Positions 42,401 through 55,515 of a DNA stretch of 64,000 nucleotides are shown here, one piece after another. A program made the position numbers and the translations under genes. The stretch spans positions 480,001 through 544,000 of the forward strand of contig JBKAGP010000001.1 in NCBI GenBank assembly GCA_046290465.1. The letters run 5' to 3'. The DNA is from Planctomycetota bacterium (lineage in GTDB: Bacteria; Planctomycetota; UBA1135; UBA2386). Below the pieces are notes generated by a model. It worked only from the letters and a program-made list of their open reading frames with translations, had not been told where the DNA came from and did not search any database. Each line of letters starts with the position of its first letter. Positions within the stretch are counted from its first letter, which is position 1.

Positions 42401-42497
42401 GTTCGTCGACGCGGCGACGGAACAGCGTCGCCAGCGCGTCGACGTCGCGCTGCTTGCGGAACGTCGCGAACAGGTCTTCGTCGCTCGGCGTGGGCAT
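39465..42497 (-). CDS. ECF sigma factor with TM helix and long C-terminal extension of carboxypeptidase-regulatory-like repeats
   Basis: DAEDLVQATF, WLCGILTN, region 4 QQIGAQLQQKPATVRKQMARA; TM LVTVLVVAAVLATMLWW; repeated GRPVPGA/TDAxG units. Confidence 0.88.
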   Translation of the reverse strand: MPTPSDEDLFATFRKQRDVDALATLFRRRVDELLRLAVFLAPRPTDAEDLVQATFLSAIARAETYRPGHRVMSWLCGILTNHARMLRRTEGRRAPEPAPPTAATTPVDAALQSELERALRDSIAALQEPYRSVLQLHLERGLNSQQIGAQLQQKPATVRKQMARAIEQLRTALPIGLATALVLRMSPAQLAERAAEAAQFVGHDADASRFDDDPIAAEPLAHGGALRPALVTVLVVAAVLATMLWWREDRHTQPPTAVAAAPQHNPAVRSVRPLLDQPAAETDAPRLRSRPGHALAVHVLDPDGVPHRGLEILCVADDGRPFQLRALAATTRRATTDDAGLVRFDGLPRGRFELAIAGAIPKAQLQMRGDDQRFTLQLPRRHRHRGYVTDPAGRPVPGALVMVSETSGRGDLPAVLATTDATGQYDAWFPLAQGRVFARHVQFAQSHCHRLAADRELHLELEPPVPPVAVHVTDEGDRPVAGALVALVPKSQDTDFYVPQLARTDALGRCSLPGPGPRHAAVLVQGRGFAASTTERSQDAREVHVQLRAPARLAGVARDASGAPLQGREVAVSIAGARTNEPTGPMLAQRVRTDHEGRFTLAEAPRGLLQVRIHGSCSGRLGPPMSQFVVAGVDVDTRDGDRLDVELRAPATARVHGTLRTPRGDAVAGWHLIAVPEVGTAAHRMLRRRVARSDADGRFELLALAAGERYQVGCYPPERWWPNPLTWPLAVATARAGSPCELVVDPDATTTATLRCQALRPDGRPARRATFELRLVGFQAPQTCVADAAGRARFGPLGAGDYWLVVGAPGLGSRTIPVHVDDANAPLDLGTVQLQRAARVAVRLVGDGKRSTHGLRVVAKNLVGDKFVAARSSSRGVAALRPLPPGRSQLLVYGHGIAPTLLERDLEPGVQWLDVDVRSATPVTLRFPFPLAENPFVINGPLHVRIYDHRDQLVLDDHLGATTSRGCFEMALGLAPGRYRVHARSIWNALAEQQLVVATAPLVRELPLGL

Positions 42498-42715
42498 GGC
42501 TCGGACAGCGGGGCAGTCGCGACGCTAGCGGTGCGCGCGTGCAGCACAACCCCCGCGTTCGACGTCGAAACGGCCGGTTGCGTGCCGTCGTTTTTTCTTT
42601 CGTGTTTCGCGTCACAGCGCCGTGGGCTCGTGCATAGACCGGGCGCGACGGTCGTCCCTGCCCGCGTCTGCGACTGCGGCCATCGCTCCGTCTCGTCACT
42701 CCTCTCGTCACCCCC

Positions 42716-44266
42716 ATGCACCGAACCTGCGTTTGCACGGCGGCCGCGGCCGCGTTCCTGTCCCTGTCGGTCGTCGCCCAGGCGGGCAACGAAGTCGTGT
42801 TCGTCGGTAGCTCGACCAGCGGCAGCGCCGACCAGCACGTGTTCTGCGAATCGGCGACCGGCACCGTGCTGGCGGCGACTGGCGTCAGCTACACCGACAA
42901 CGTCACCGACGCGGTCTGGGCGCACAGCGGCCGTCGTCTCTACGTCGGCCAGTCGCTGATGAACCAGGTGGCGCAGGCGGAGTGGGACGGCAGCAGCGCG
43001 ACCTGGTCGACGTTCTACAGCGCGCCCGGCGCGTGCTACGGCGTCGAGATGGACGCCAACCGCGACATCCTGTGGACGCTGACCGGCGGCTCCGGATCGA
43101 CGCGCGAACTGGTCGGCCTCGACGCCGCGCTCGGCAGCCCGACCTACGGCCAGGTGGTGGCCCAGACCACGTCGCTGAGCGGCGCCTCGCGCGAGCGCTG
43201 GGCGCTGTCGTGGAGCGGCGACCTCGCCGCGGTGCCGCAGGTGTTCCTGCAGAGCGGCACGCTCGACCTGGTCGACCTGCAGCCGGGCAGCGCCAGCTAC
43301 CTGCAGGTGATCGCGTCGCTGGCTGTGCCCGGCACGGTCGGCCAGGGCTTCACGTTCGCGACCGACTGCAAGGTCTCGATCGACGACCGCTACGTCTACC
43401 TGCTGTGGGCCGGCATCGGCTCGGCCTCGGGGCTCGGCGTCTACGACCTGGTCACGCAGACGTGGCTCGACTTCTCGACGGCGCTCGGGCACCAGGACTT
43501 CGCGCTGACGCTCGGCGTGCCCAACACGATGGACCTGTCGCTCGATCGTTCGTTCGCGGTCGTCAGCGGCCAGGCCGGCGCCGGCTGGGCGGGCCGCATC
43601 GACTTCGACTACGCCAACCCAGAGAACACGACGTTCACGCAGTACCTCGGGCTGACGATCCCGGATGCCAACGGCATCTCGCTGTCGCCCGACGACACCC
43701 GCGCGGCGGTGACCTCGACGCAGACGTTCTTGAGCACGCCGAGCGAACTGACGGTGTTCGACGTCGTCTCGGGAGGCGTGCTGCAGACGGTCACGCTGGC
43801 GGCGATGTGGAACGTCTACACGACCGCCTGGCAGGATGCCTCGCCGATCGCCACCTACGCGCCGTTCGGGGTCGGCTGCAGCGGCTCGCTCGGGGTGCCG
43901 GCGCTGGCCGCGCAGGCCGGCAGCCGGCCGGCGCTCGGCGCGACCTTCTCGCTGACGATCGACAACCTGCCGTTCAGCTCCGCGCTGGTCGCGACCGGCC
44001 TGTCCAACACCCAGACCGGTGGCGGCCTGCCGCTGCCGCTCGACCTGACGGTGCTCGGCATGACCGGCTGCACCCAGTACGTCGACGCGCTGGTGCTCGA
44101 CTTCGTCGTCGGCGCCGCCAACCAGGCGGACTGGAGCTGGGCGATCCCGAACCAGCCCGACCTGTTCGGCGCGACGTTCTTCAACCAGGCGTTTGCGTTC
44201 GATCCGGCGGCCAACGGCTTCGGTTGGACCGCCAGCAACGCCGGCGGCGGCGCGTTGGGCTTCTGA
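42716..44266 (+). CDS. Secreted beta-propeller protein with conserved C-terminal domain
   Basis: Signal peptide; propeller-like repeats; tail FGVGC..RPALG..IPNQPDLFG..NQAF..DPAANGFG..SNA. Confidence 0.85.
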   Translation: MHRTCVCTAAAAAFLSLSVVAQAGNEVVFVGSSTSGSADQHVFCESATGTVLAATGVSYTDNVTDAVWAHSGRRLYVGQSLMNQVAQAEWDGSSATWSTFYSAPGACYGVEMDANRDILWTLTGGSGSTRELVGLDAALGSPTYGQVVAQTTSLSGASRERWALSWSGDLAAVPQVFLQSGTLDLVDLQPGSASYLQVIASLAVPGTVGQGFTFATDCKVSIDDRYVYLLWAGIGSASGLGVYDLVTQTWLDFSTALGHQDFALTLGVPNTMDLSLDRSFAVVSGQAGAGWAGRIDFDYANPENTTFTQYLGLTIPDANGISLSPDDTRAAVTSTQTFLSTPSELTVFDVVSGGVLQTVTLAAMWNVYTTAWQDASPIATYAPFGVGCSGSLGVPALAAQAGSRPALGATFSLTIDNLPFSSALVATGLSNTQTGGGLPLPLDLTVLGMTGCTQYVDALVLDFVVGAANQADWSWAIPNQPDLFGATFFNQAFAFDPAANGFGWTASNAGGGALGF

Positions 44267-44535
44267 GCCCGCAACCGGCGCGGCAGCCGGCGGCCAGCGG
44301 CGTGGGGGGGTGGCCGCACGCCCGACCGCACGATTCCGGCCGGCGGCCGAAGGGCGGGAGCCGCGCCCCGAATCCTCAATCCGGGGCCCCGCCGAGGCCG
44401 ATACGCCGTTGCGGTGGGGCGGGAAGGCACCTAACCTACTCCGGTCTCGGTCCCTGGCGCCCCTGCGCTGCCGAGGCACCCACATCCAACAACCAAGGAG
44501 AATCCCTATCCAACTGCAGCACCTGAAGAGGCCTC

Positions 44536-45075
44536 ATGCCCAGGCCTGATCCGCGACGCCGTCCACCCCAGGACCGTGGCCCGCGGATCAACCACCAGAT
44601 CCGAATCCGGCAGATCCGCGTCATCGACGAGGAGAACCAGCAGCTCGGCGTCCTCGAGACGGCCGACGCGTTGGCACTGGCCGTGCGCAAGGGTCTCGAC
44701 CTCGTGGAGATTGCCCCGAACCAGCGGCCCCCCGTGTGCCGCATCATGGACTACGGCAAGTTCAAGTACGAGGAGAAGAAGAAGGAGCAAGCCAGCCGCC
44801 GCAAGCAGCACCAGGTCCAGGTCAAGGAGCTGCGCGTGCGTCCAGGCACCGGCGAGCACGACCTGCAGACCAAGGTCAAGCGCGCTCGCGAGTTCCTCGA
44901 GGACGGCGACAAGGTCCTGGTCTGTTGCCTGTTCCGCGGCCGCCAGATGGCGCACAAGGACGTCGGCGAACAGGTCATCATGGAGGTCGTCAAGCACCTC
45001 TCGGACGTCGCGAAGATCGAAGCACCGGTGCGCCAGGAAGGGCGCCGCATGGTGCTGATGCTGGCCAAGAAGTAG
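44536..45075 (+). CDS. infC: Translation initiation factor IF-3
   Basis: RINHQIR, LDLVEIAP..PPVCRIMDYGKFKYE, VKELRVRP, FRGR. Confidence 0.97.
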   Translation: MPRPDPRRRPPQDRGPRINHQIRIRQIRVIDEENQQLGVLETADALALAVRKGLDLVEIAPNQRPPVCRIMDYGKFKYEEKKKEQASRRKQHQVQVKELRVRPGTGEHDLQTKVKRAREFLEDGDKVLVCCLFRGRQMAHKDVGEQVIMEVVKHLSDVAKIEAPVRQEGRRMVLMLAKK

Positions 45076-45089
45076 CGCGCCCCAGATCG

Positions 45090-45160
45090 GCTGCCATTCT
45101 CAGGCGCTGCCATTCTGAGCCGCTGTCTTTCTGAGCGGCTGCCCCTCTGAGCCGCTGCCC
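45090..45160. repeat. 16-bp tandem repeat (GCTGCCATTCTGAGCC-like) x4.4 after infC
   Basis: Read directly. Confidence 0.85.
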
Positions 45161-45301
45161 CCCGGAGTGCGCGTCACTCCGGGCCCGCCACCGCGACCGG
45201 CACGCGTTCCCGCGCAATCTGCGGGACCGGTGCGCTTTCCTCGGGGTGGTGCTCCAGTCCGCCTGCGCGGGGCGTTAGCCTCGCTGCCGCAGAACCCGTT
45301 C

Positions 45302-48849
<3,548 letters not shown>

Positions 48850-48850
<1 letters not shown>

Positions 48851-49956
48851 TGCGCGCCTTCGCCCTCGTCGTCTTGTCCCTGTTCGCGGCGTGCGCCGCC
48901 GGCCCGTCGGTCGGCGACGTCACCGTCGAACTGACCGCCGCGACCCAGCGCTTCCTCGCCGGCCTGACCGACGCGCAGCGCGAAGCCGCGCAGCGTGCGA
49001 TCACCGACGCGGAGGCGACCAGCTGGCACTTCGTGCCGGGCCGCTACGCCGGCGTCGAGATGGGGGCGCTCGATCGCGAACAGCGGCACGCCGCGCACGA
49101 CGTGCTGCGCACGATGCTCAGCGCGAGCGGCTTCGCCAAGTCGATGGCGATCGCCGATCTGGAGAAGGTGCTGTTCGAGATGGAGTCGAAGCCGGACAAG
49201 CCGGCGTCGCACCGCGATCCCGGTCGCTACGCGATGCTGGTCTGCGGCGACCCCGGCGCAGGGGACTTCGCGGTGCGCTTCCAGGGTCATCACCTGTCGC
49301 TGCGCATGATGGTGGTCGACGGCGTGCTGGTGGCGCACACCCCGCACTTCCTCGGCACCAACCCGCACCGGGTTCCGGAGCAGTGGGCGCGCACCGCGCC
49401 GCTCGGCCGCGAGGAGGACCTGGCGCGCGAACTGATGGCGCTGTTCACGCCGGAGCAGCAGCGCGTCGCGATCTACGACGCCAAGGCGCCGGCCGACGTG
49501 CTGCTCGGGCCCGGCAAGGCGCCGACCGCGCTCGGCGAACGCCGCGGCCTCGCCTGGCGCGAGATGCGCGACGACCAGCGCCAGAAGCTGTGGGAACTGC
49601 TCGAGCTACACGCCAACGTGCTGCGCGGCCCGATCGCGCGGCAGGAGCTCGAGCGCATCCGCAGCCGCGATCTGGCCAGGCTGACGTTCGCGTGGGCGGG
49701 CTCGCTCGAGCGCGGCGCCGGCCACTACTACCGCATCCACGGCGCGCGCTTCGCCATCGAGTACGACTGCACCCAGAACGGCGCCAACCACGTGCACGTC
49801 TGCTGGCGCGACTTCGACCGCGACATGGGCGGCGACGTGCTGCGCCGGCACCTCGAGCACGAGCACGGCAACGGATCGTCTCGCGCGCGAAGAACCGCCG
49901 CCGGGCCGTCGCGGCGGCGCGCCGGATCGGGGAGAATCGCGATCGGGCCTGACTGA
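48850..49956 (+). CDS. DUF3500-like protein
   Basis: TGATG overlap with kgd; WHFVP, RFQGHHLS, HYYRIHG..IEYDCTQNGANHVH..WRD. Confidence 0.8.
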
Positions 49957-50000
49957 CGGCGTTCGCGCTCCGTAGAGGTCGGGCAACCCCGAGGTGCCCC

Positions 50001-51317
50001 ATGACCATCCTGCGCAGCGTCGTCGTCCTGCTCGTCCTGGCCCAGACCGCAGCCGCCCAGCAGCCGCTGTGGCCGGCCTTCCGCGGCCCGCACGGCGACG
50101 GCGTCGCGCGCGCCGACAAACCGCCGACCAGCTGGAGCGACGACGAGAACGTCGCCTGGAAGCTCGACCTGCCGGGCGCCGGTGCGTCGAGCCCGATCGT
50201 CGTCGGTGACCGGGTGCTGTTGACCTGCTACACCGGCTACGGCAAGTACGAGGACGACGGTGGCGAGCCGGGCAAGCTCGAGCAGCACCTGGTCTGCGTC
50301 GATCGCGCCACCGGCGCGCGGCGCTGGCAGAGCACGATCCCGGGTGCGTTGCCGAAGGAGGCGCGCCAGATGCAGATCAACGAGCACGGCTTCGCGACGC
50401 CGACGCCGGTCTCCGACGGCGAACGCGTCTGGGTCTACTTCGGCCACGCCGGCGTCTGCGCGTTCGACCTGGACGGCAAGAAGCTCTGGCAGGAGGGCCT
50501 CGGCAAGCCGACCGAAGGGGCGCCTGGTCCGACCAACAGCGTCGAGCGCGAGGGCCAGACGCTGTCGCTGCGGTGGGGGTCGGCGGCGAGCCCGCTGCTG
50601 CACGGCGGCATGGTGATCGTCAACGCGTCGGAGCAGAGCAACTCGATCCGGGCGCTCGACCAGCGGACCGGCAAGCTGGTCTGGAAGCGCGAGTCGGCCA
50701 ACCTCGAGGGCTCGGCGGTGTCGCCGATGCTCGCCGGCAGCGGCGCCGCGCAGGTGGTCGTGATCGTGCTCGGCGGTGAGGTCTGGGGCCTGGAGCCGAA
50801 GACCGGCGCGCTGCGCTGGCAGGTCGAGACCGGCACGCGCGGCGGCATGGCGCCGAGCCCGATCAGCGACGGCGAGCACGTGTTCGCGTTCGGCGGCGGC
50901 GGCAAGGGCTTCGCGATCGCACTTCTGCCGGACGCCGAGCAGCGCGTCGTCTGGCAGGGCGAGAACGTCGACATCCCGTCGCCGGTGCTGCACGACGGCC
51001 GGCTGCTGCTGGTCGACCAGATGGGCAAGGCCAAGTGCCTGCGCGCCGCCGACGGCGAGAAGCTGTTCGGCGGCCGGCTGCCGGGGCGGACCGGTGGCGT
51101 CTACGCGCCGCCGGTGTTCGCCAACGGGCATCTCTACGTGGTCAGCCGCGAGCGCGGCGTGTTCGTCTACCGCGTCGGCGAGCACGCCTTCGAGCTGGTC
51201 TCGCGCAACGAACTGACCGAAGAGGATCCGCAGTTCCACGCTTCGCCGGCGGTCGCGGGGGACGCGCTGTTCCTGCGATCCGACCGCAGGCTCTACTGCA
51301 TCGCGAAGTCGAGCTGA
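50001..51317 (+). CDS. Secreted PQQ-like beta-propeller protein
   Basis: WPAFRGP, GASSPIVVGDRV, TPTPVSDG, ASP repeats. Confidence 0.9.
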   Translation: MTILRSVVVLLVLAQTAAAQQPLWPAFRGPHGDGVARADKPPTSWSDDENVAWKLDLPGAGASSPIVVGDRVLLTCYTGYGKYEDDGGEPGKLEQHLVCVDRATGARRWQSTIPGALPKEARQMQINEHGFATPTPVSDGERVWVYFGHAGVCAFDLDGKKLWQEGLGKPTEGAPGPTNSVEREGQTLSLRWGSAASPLLHGGMVIVNASEQSNSIRALDQRTGKLVWKRESANLEGSAVSPMLAGSGAAQVVVIVLGGEVWGLEPKTGALRWQVETGTRGGMAPSPISDGEHVFAFGGGGKGFAIALLPDAEQRVVWQGENVDIPSPVLHDGRLLLVDQMGKAKCLRAADGEKLFGGRLPGRTGGVYAPPVFANGHLYVVSRERGVFVYRVGEHAFELVSRNELTEEDPQFHASPAVAGDALFLRSDRRLYCIAKSS

Positions 51318-51475
51318 ACTGCGGCACCGTCCGGTCGCTCGGAGCGCGTGGGCCGCACGGTGCCCGGGCACGCGAGCATCGTGACGCGCCACGGTCTCGA
51401 CCATCGCGCCCAGGGCCGGTGGCGCTACGCTGGTAGCCGCACGCCTGACCAACCTCACCCAGTCCGGGAGTTGTC

Positions 51476-51943
51476 GTGAAGATCGAAGTGAACGGAACCG
51501 TTCGGGACCTCGGGGACATCGACCCCAACACCCCGCTTCTCTGGGCCCTGCGCGACGAGCTGGGCCTGACCGGCACCAAGTTCGGCTGCGGCCGTGGCCA
51601 GTGTGGCGCCTGCACGGTGCACCTGGGCGGCGCCGCCATCCGTTCGTGCATGATGAGCGTGCAGGCGGTGTCGGCGGTCGCCCAGCCGATCACGACGATC
51701 GAAGGCCTGTCCGAGAACGGGGACCACGCCGTGCAGAAGGCGTGGCGCGAGGAGTGCGTGCCGCAGTGTGGCTACTGCCAGTCGGGCCAGATGATGTCGG
51801 CCTGCGCGATGCTCGCCAACAACCCGAAGCCGAGCGACGACGACATCGACGAGGCGATGTCGGGCAACATCTGCCGCTGCGGCACCTACCCGCGCATCCG
51901 CAAGGCCATCCACCGCGCCGCCGGCCAGGGGGGTGGCAAGTGA
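51476..51943 (+). CDS. iorA: (2Fe-2S) subunit of isoquinoline 1-oxidoreductase/aldehyde oxidase-like enzyme
   Basis: [32 protein letters not shown]. Confidence 0.93.
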   Translation: MKIEVNGTVRDLGDIDPNTPLLWALRDELGLTGTKFGCGRGQCGACTVHLGGAAIRSCMMSVQAVSAVAQPITTIEGLSENGDHAVQKAWREECVPQCGYCQSGQMMSACAMLANNPKPSDDDIDEAMSGNICRCGTYPRIRKAIHRAAGQGGGK

Positions 51944-54201
51944 CCACGTTCGAACAGGCTTCGTTCGACCGACGCAGCATGCTGCGCGGTCTGCTCGCCG
52001 GAGGGGCGCTGGTGGTCGGTGCGCGCGTCGCTCCCGCTGGCGTGATGACGGCGCTCGGCGTCGACGAGCCGCTGCAGCCGTCGCTGTGGCTGGCGATCGA
52101 ACCGTCGGGCGCGGTCAAGATCTGGGCGCACCGCTCGGAGATGGGCACCGGCATCCGCACCAGCCTGCCGATGGTGGTCGCCGACGAACTCGGCTGCGAC
52201 TGGGACCGCGTGACGCTGGTGCAGGCGCTCGGCGACGCTGCCTACGGCTCGCAGAACACCGACGGCTCGCGCAGCGTGCGGCGCTTCTACGACGTGATGC
52301 GGCGCGCGGGGGCCGCCGGCAGGTTGCTGCTCGAGCGCGCCGCGGCCAAGACCTGGGGCGTCGAGGCGAAGGCGTGCCACGCCAAGGGCCACCACGTGCA
52401 CGGCCCGGACGGCAAGCAGCTGGCGTTCGGCGAGCTGGTCGCGACCGCGCGCGGCCTTTCCGTGCCCAAGGACGAAGAGCTGCGCTTCCGCGAGCCGTCG
52501 GAGCGCCGCTACGTCGGCAAGGAGGAGGTGCGCTTCTACGACCTCGACGACGTGGTCGTCGGCAAGGCCACCTACGGCGCCGACGTGCGCCGCGACGGCA
52601 TGGTGTTCGCCTCGATCGCGCGCTCGCCGGTGCTCGGGGGCAAGCTGCAGGGCTTCGACGCCGCCGCCGCCAAGAAGGTGGCGGGCGTGCTCGACGTGGT
52701 CGAGATCCCGGCCTGGCGCGGGGCGCCCGGCTTCCAGGCGCTGGGCGGCGTCGCCGTGATCGCGAAGAACACGTTCGCCGCCAACCAGGGCCGCGCCGCG
52801 GTGCAGGCGAGGTGGGACGGCGGCGACGGCGCGACCTTCGGCACCGAGGCGTTCTACGCCGGTCTGAAGGCCAACGTGGCCGCGCCCGGCACGGTCGTGC
52901 GCGAGTCGGGCGACGTCGACAAGGCGATGGCCGCCGCGGCCGACACGCACCGGGCCGTCTACTCGGTGCCGTTCCTGTCGCACGCGCAGATGGAACCGCT
53001 GGCCGCCGTCGCGGAGTTCGTCGACGGAACGTGCCGCTGCTGGGCGCCGACCCAGAACCCGCAGGCGGTGCAGGGCGCGGTCGCCCAGGCGCTGCAGATC
53101 GAGCCGAAGCAGGTCGAGGTGCACGTCACGCTGCTCGGCGGCGGCTTCGGCCGCAAGTCGAAGCCCGACTTCGTGGTCGAGGCCGCGATGCTGGCGCGGC
53201 AGCTCGGCAAGCCGGTGCGCGTGCAGTGGACGCGTGAGGACGACATGCGGTTCGACTACTTCCACTCGGCCGCAGCCGTGTCGCTGGAGGCGGGTCTCGG
53301 CGCCGACGGCAGGCCGACCGCGTGGCGGGGGCGCTCGTCGTTCCCGCCGATCGGCACGACCTTCAACCCGAGTCCGCAGGCCGACCAGCCGTCGGCGGGG
53401 GAGCTGCACCTCGGCTTCACCGACATGCCGCACCAGATCGCCAACGTGCGGCTCGAGGCCGCGCCGGCGCGCGCCAACACGCGCATCGGCTGGATGCGTT
53501 CGGTGCACCACGTGCAGCACGCGTTCGCCGAGTGCTCGTTCGTCGACGAACTGGCGGCGAAGGCGGGCAAGGACCGCATCGCGTTCTTGAAGGAGCTGAT
53601 CGGCGAGCCGCGGCACGTCGACCTGAGCGGCGTCGAGTACCCCAACCAGGGCGAGCCGCTCGAGCGCTATCCGATCGATACCGGCCGCCTGCTGGGCGTG
53701 CTCGAGCACGTCGCGAAGCAGGCCGACTGGAACGGCCGCAAGGACCTGCCCAAGGGCCGTGGCCTCGGCGTCGCGGTGCACCGCAGCTTCCTCGGCTACG
53801 TCGCCGTGATCGTCGAGGTCGACGTCGACAAGGAGGGCGTCGTGCGCATCCCTCGCCTCGACATCGGCATCGACGCCGGCACGCTGGTCAACCCCGACCG
53901 CGTGCGGGCACAGCTCGAAGGGGCGGCCGCGTTCGGCATCGGCATCGCGATGCTCGGGGAGATCACGTTTGCCGACGGTGCCGTCGAGCAGTCGAACTTC
54001 CACGACTTCATGGTGCCGCGCATGCAGGAGTCGGCGCGCGACGTGCGCACCTACCTGCTGCCGAACGACGCGCCGCCGTCGGGTGTCGGGGAGACCGGCA
54101 CGCCGCCGGTCGCGCCGGCCGTCTGCAACGCGATCTTCGCGGCCACCGGCAAGCGCATCCGCGACCTGCCGGTCAAGAACCACGACCTGAGCTGGAGCTA
54201 G
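51940..54201 (+). CDS. iorB: Molybdopterin-binding subunit, xanthine dehydrogenase family (IorB-like), Tat-type signal
   Basis: GTGA overlap; [41 protein letters not shown]. Confidence 0.92.
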   Translation: MTTFEQASFDRRSMLRGLLAGGALVVGARVAPAGVMTALGVDEPLQPSLWLAIEPSGAVKIWAHRSEMGTGIRTSLPMVVADELGCDWDRVTLVQALGDAAYGSQNTDGSRSVRRFYDVMRRAGAAGRLLLERAAAKTWGVEAKACHAKGHHVHGPDGKQLAFGELVATARGLSVPKDEELRFREPSERRYVGKEEVRFYDLDDVVVGKATYGADVRRDGMVFASIARSPVLGGKLQGFDAAAAKKVAGVLDVVEIPAWRGAPGFQALGGVAVIAKNTFAANQGRAAVQARWDGGDGATFGTEAFYAGLKANVAAPGTVVRESGDVDKAMAAAADTHRAVYSVPFLSHAQMEPLAAVAEFVDGTCRCWAPTQNPQAVQGAVAQALQIEPKQVEVHVTLLGGGFGRKSKPDFVVEAAMLARQLGKPVRVQWTREDDMRFDYFHSAAAVSLEAGLGADGRPTAWRGRSSFPPIGTTFNPSPQADQPSAGELHLGFTDMPHQIANVRLEAAPARANTRIGWMRSVHHVQHAFAECSFVDELAAKAGKDRIAFLKELIGEPRHVDLSGVEYPNQGEPLERYPIDTGRLLGVLEHVAKQADWNGRKDLPKGRGLGVAVHRSFLGYVAVIVEVDVDKEGVVRIPRLDIGIDAGTLVNPDRVRAQLEGAAAFGIGIAMLGEITFADGAVEQSNFHDFMVPRMQESARDVRTYLLPNDAPPSGVGETGTPPVAPAVCNAIFAATGKRIRDLPVKNHDLSWS

Positions 54202-54284
54202 CGGGCAAAGCCCCGTCCGCACGCGTAGACGCCGCTTCCGCGATCACGGTCGGCAGCGCGTCCACTACATGGACGCGCTCCTAG
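54198..54284 (-). repeat. 87-bp CTAG-bounded dispersed element, copy B
   Basis: Reverse complement matches 24870-24956 at 83/87; its first CTAG includes the iorB stop codon. Confidence 0.9.
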
Positions 54285-54310
54285 GGGCGCGCGGCTGGTC
54301 GGCGCGCGAC

Positions 54311-54925
54311 CTAGGCGGTCACTTCGCCGGCGAACGCGACGGCGGCGTCCATCGCGTTCGCCAGGTTGCCCTGCATCGTGAAGCCGCTCTTCTTGCGCGG
54401 CTTCAGCGAGTGGTCGCCGTCGTCGATCCAGCGGAGCCGGATCTGCGCCGACAGGTCGTAGCCATCGACCTCGTCCCGCGTGCCGAACGGGTCCCGTTCG
54501 CCCTGCACGATCAACGTCGGCGTACGCATCGTCTCCAGGTGCGCGGTGCGCAGGTTGTCGGGCTTGCCCGGCGGATGGAACGGGTAGCCGAACGCGACCA
54601 CCCCGGCGCACGGCACGTCGTCGGCGAGCATCGTCGCCGCCCGTCCGCCCATCGACTTGCCGGCGAGGATCACCGGGCCCTGCTGGGCGTCGAAGACCTC
54701 GCGGTAGCAGGCCAGCAGCTTCGGCATGCGGTCGGGGCCCGGCCGGCGACCCTCGCGGCGCGCATGCATGTACGAGAACTCGAACCGCACCACCCGCAGG
54801 CCGCGTTCGGCGAGCCCGCGCGCGACCGTGGCCATCCACTCGTGGTCCATGCCCGCACCGGCGCCGTGCGCCAACAGCAGCGTCACGGTTGCGTCGTCGG
54901 GGCCGTCGATCTGCAGCGGGGTCAT
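54311..54925 (-). CDS. Alpha/beta-hydrolase family protein
   Basis: LAHGAGAGMD, GKSMGGR, GYPFHPPGKP, QGERDPFG, GDHSL. Confidence 0.9.
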   Translation of the reverse strand: MTPLQIDGPDDATVTLLLAHGAGAGMDHEWMATVARGLAERGLRVVRFEFSYMHARREGRRPGPDRMPKLLACYREVFDAQQGPVILAGKSMGGRAATMLADDVPCAGVVAFGYPFHPPGKPDNLRTAHLETMRTPTLIVQGERDPFGTRDEVDGYDLSAQIRLRWIDDGDHSLKPRKKSGFTMQGNLANAMDAAVAFAGEVTA

Positions 54926-55317
54926 GCCGTCTCCATCAGCAGGAATGTGAAGGTGCCCTTGCACACGAGGCGTTCGCCCTGGTGCACCAGGCTCTCGCAG
55001 ACGGCCAGCCTGCGGCCGACGCGCAGCGGCGTGGCGACGGCCCGCAGCGGACCGTCGCCGGGGCGCGCGCCCGACAGGAACTGCATGCTGACGGTGGTGC
55101 CGGTCATCGTGCGCGCGGCCGAGAGGTCGGGCCACAGCAGGTAGACGGCGGCGGTATCGGCGAGCGCGGTCAGCAGGCCGCCCTGCACGACGCCGGTCTC
55201 CTGCAGCATCTCCGGGCGCACGTCCTGCTCGATCTCGACCCGTTCGGGCGTGCGCGAACGCAGCCGGAAGCCGAGCCAGCGGTTGACCGGGGTGCGTTCG
55301 AAGTCCTCGCGGTGCAT
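54922..55317 (-). CDS. PaaI-family thioesterase
   Basis: GVVQGGLLTALADTA hotdog-fold motif; 4-bp overlap with the next gene. Confidence 0.88.
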   Translation of the reverse strand: MHREDFERTPVNRWLGFRLRSRTPERVEIEQDVRPEMLQETGVVQGGLLTALADTAAVYLLWPDLSAARTMTGTTVSMQFLSGARPGDGPLRAVATPLRVGRRLAVCESLVHQGERLVCKGTFTFLLMETA

Positions 55318-55515
55318 GCCGTGACGATGACGCCTCGGTCGCGGCCTGCCAAGGGTGCTCGGCGGAGTTGCCGGCGCCGCGGCGGCGATCCTGCACGCAG
55401 CCCTTGCGCGAACGGCCCGCGCCCCGTTTCGTGATGCGGGCATGGATACGCGATCCGTCCCGTCCGTTCTGCCCGCGATGCCCGTGACGCGCCCCCCGCG
55501 CCCGGAGGCCGTCTG

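Noticed and set aside
44270..44490. GC-rich structured-looking intergenic region upstream of infC as ncRNA or ribosomal leader
   Set aside because: No recognisable SRP, 6S, tmRNA or tRNA motif by eye; needs an Rfam search
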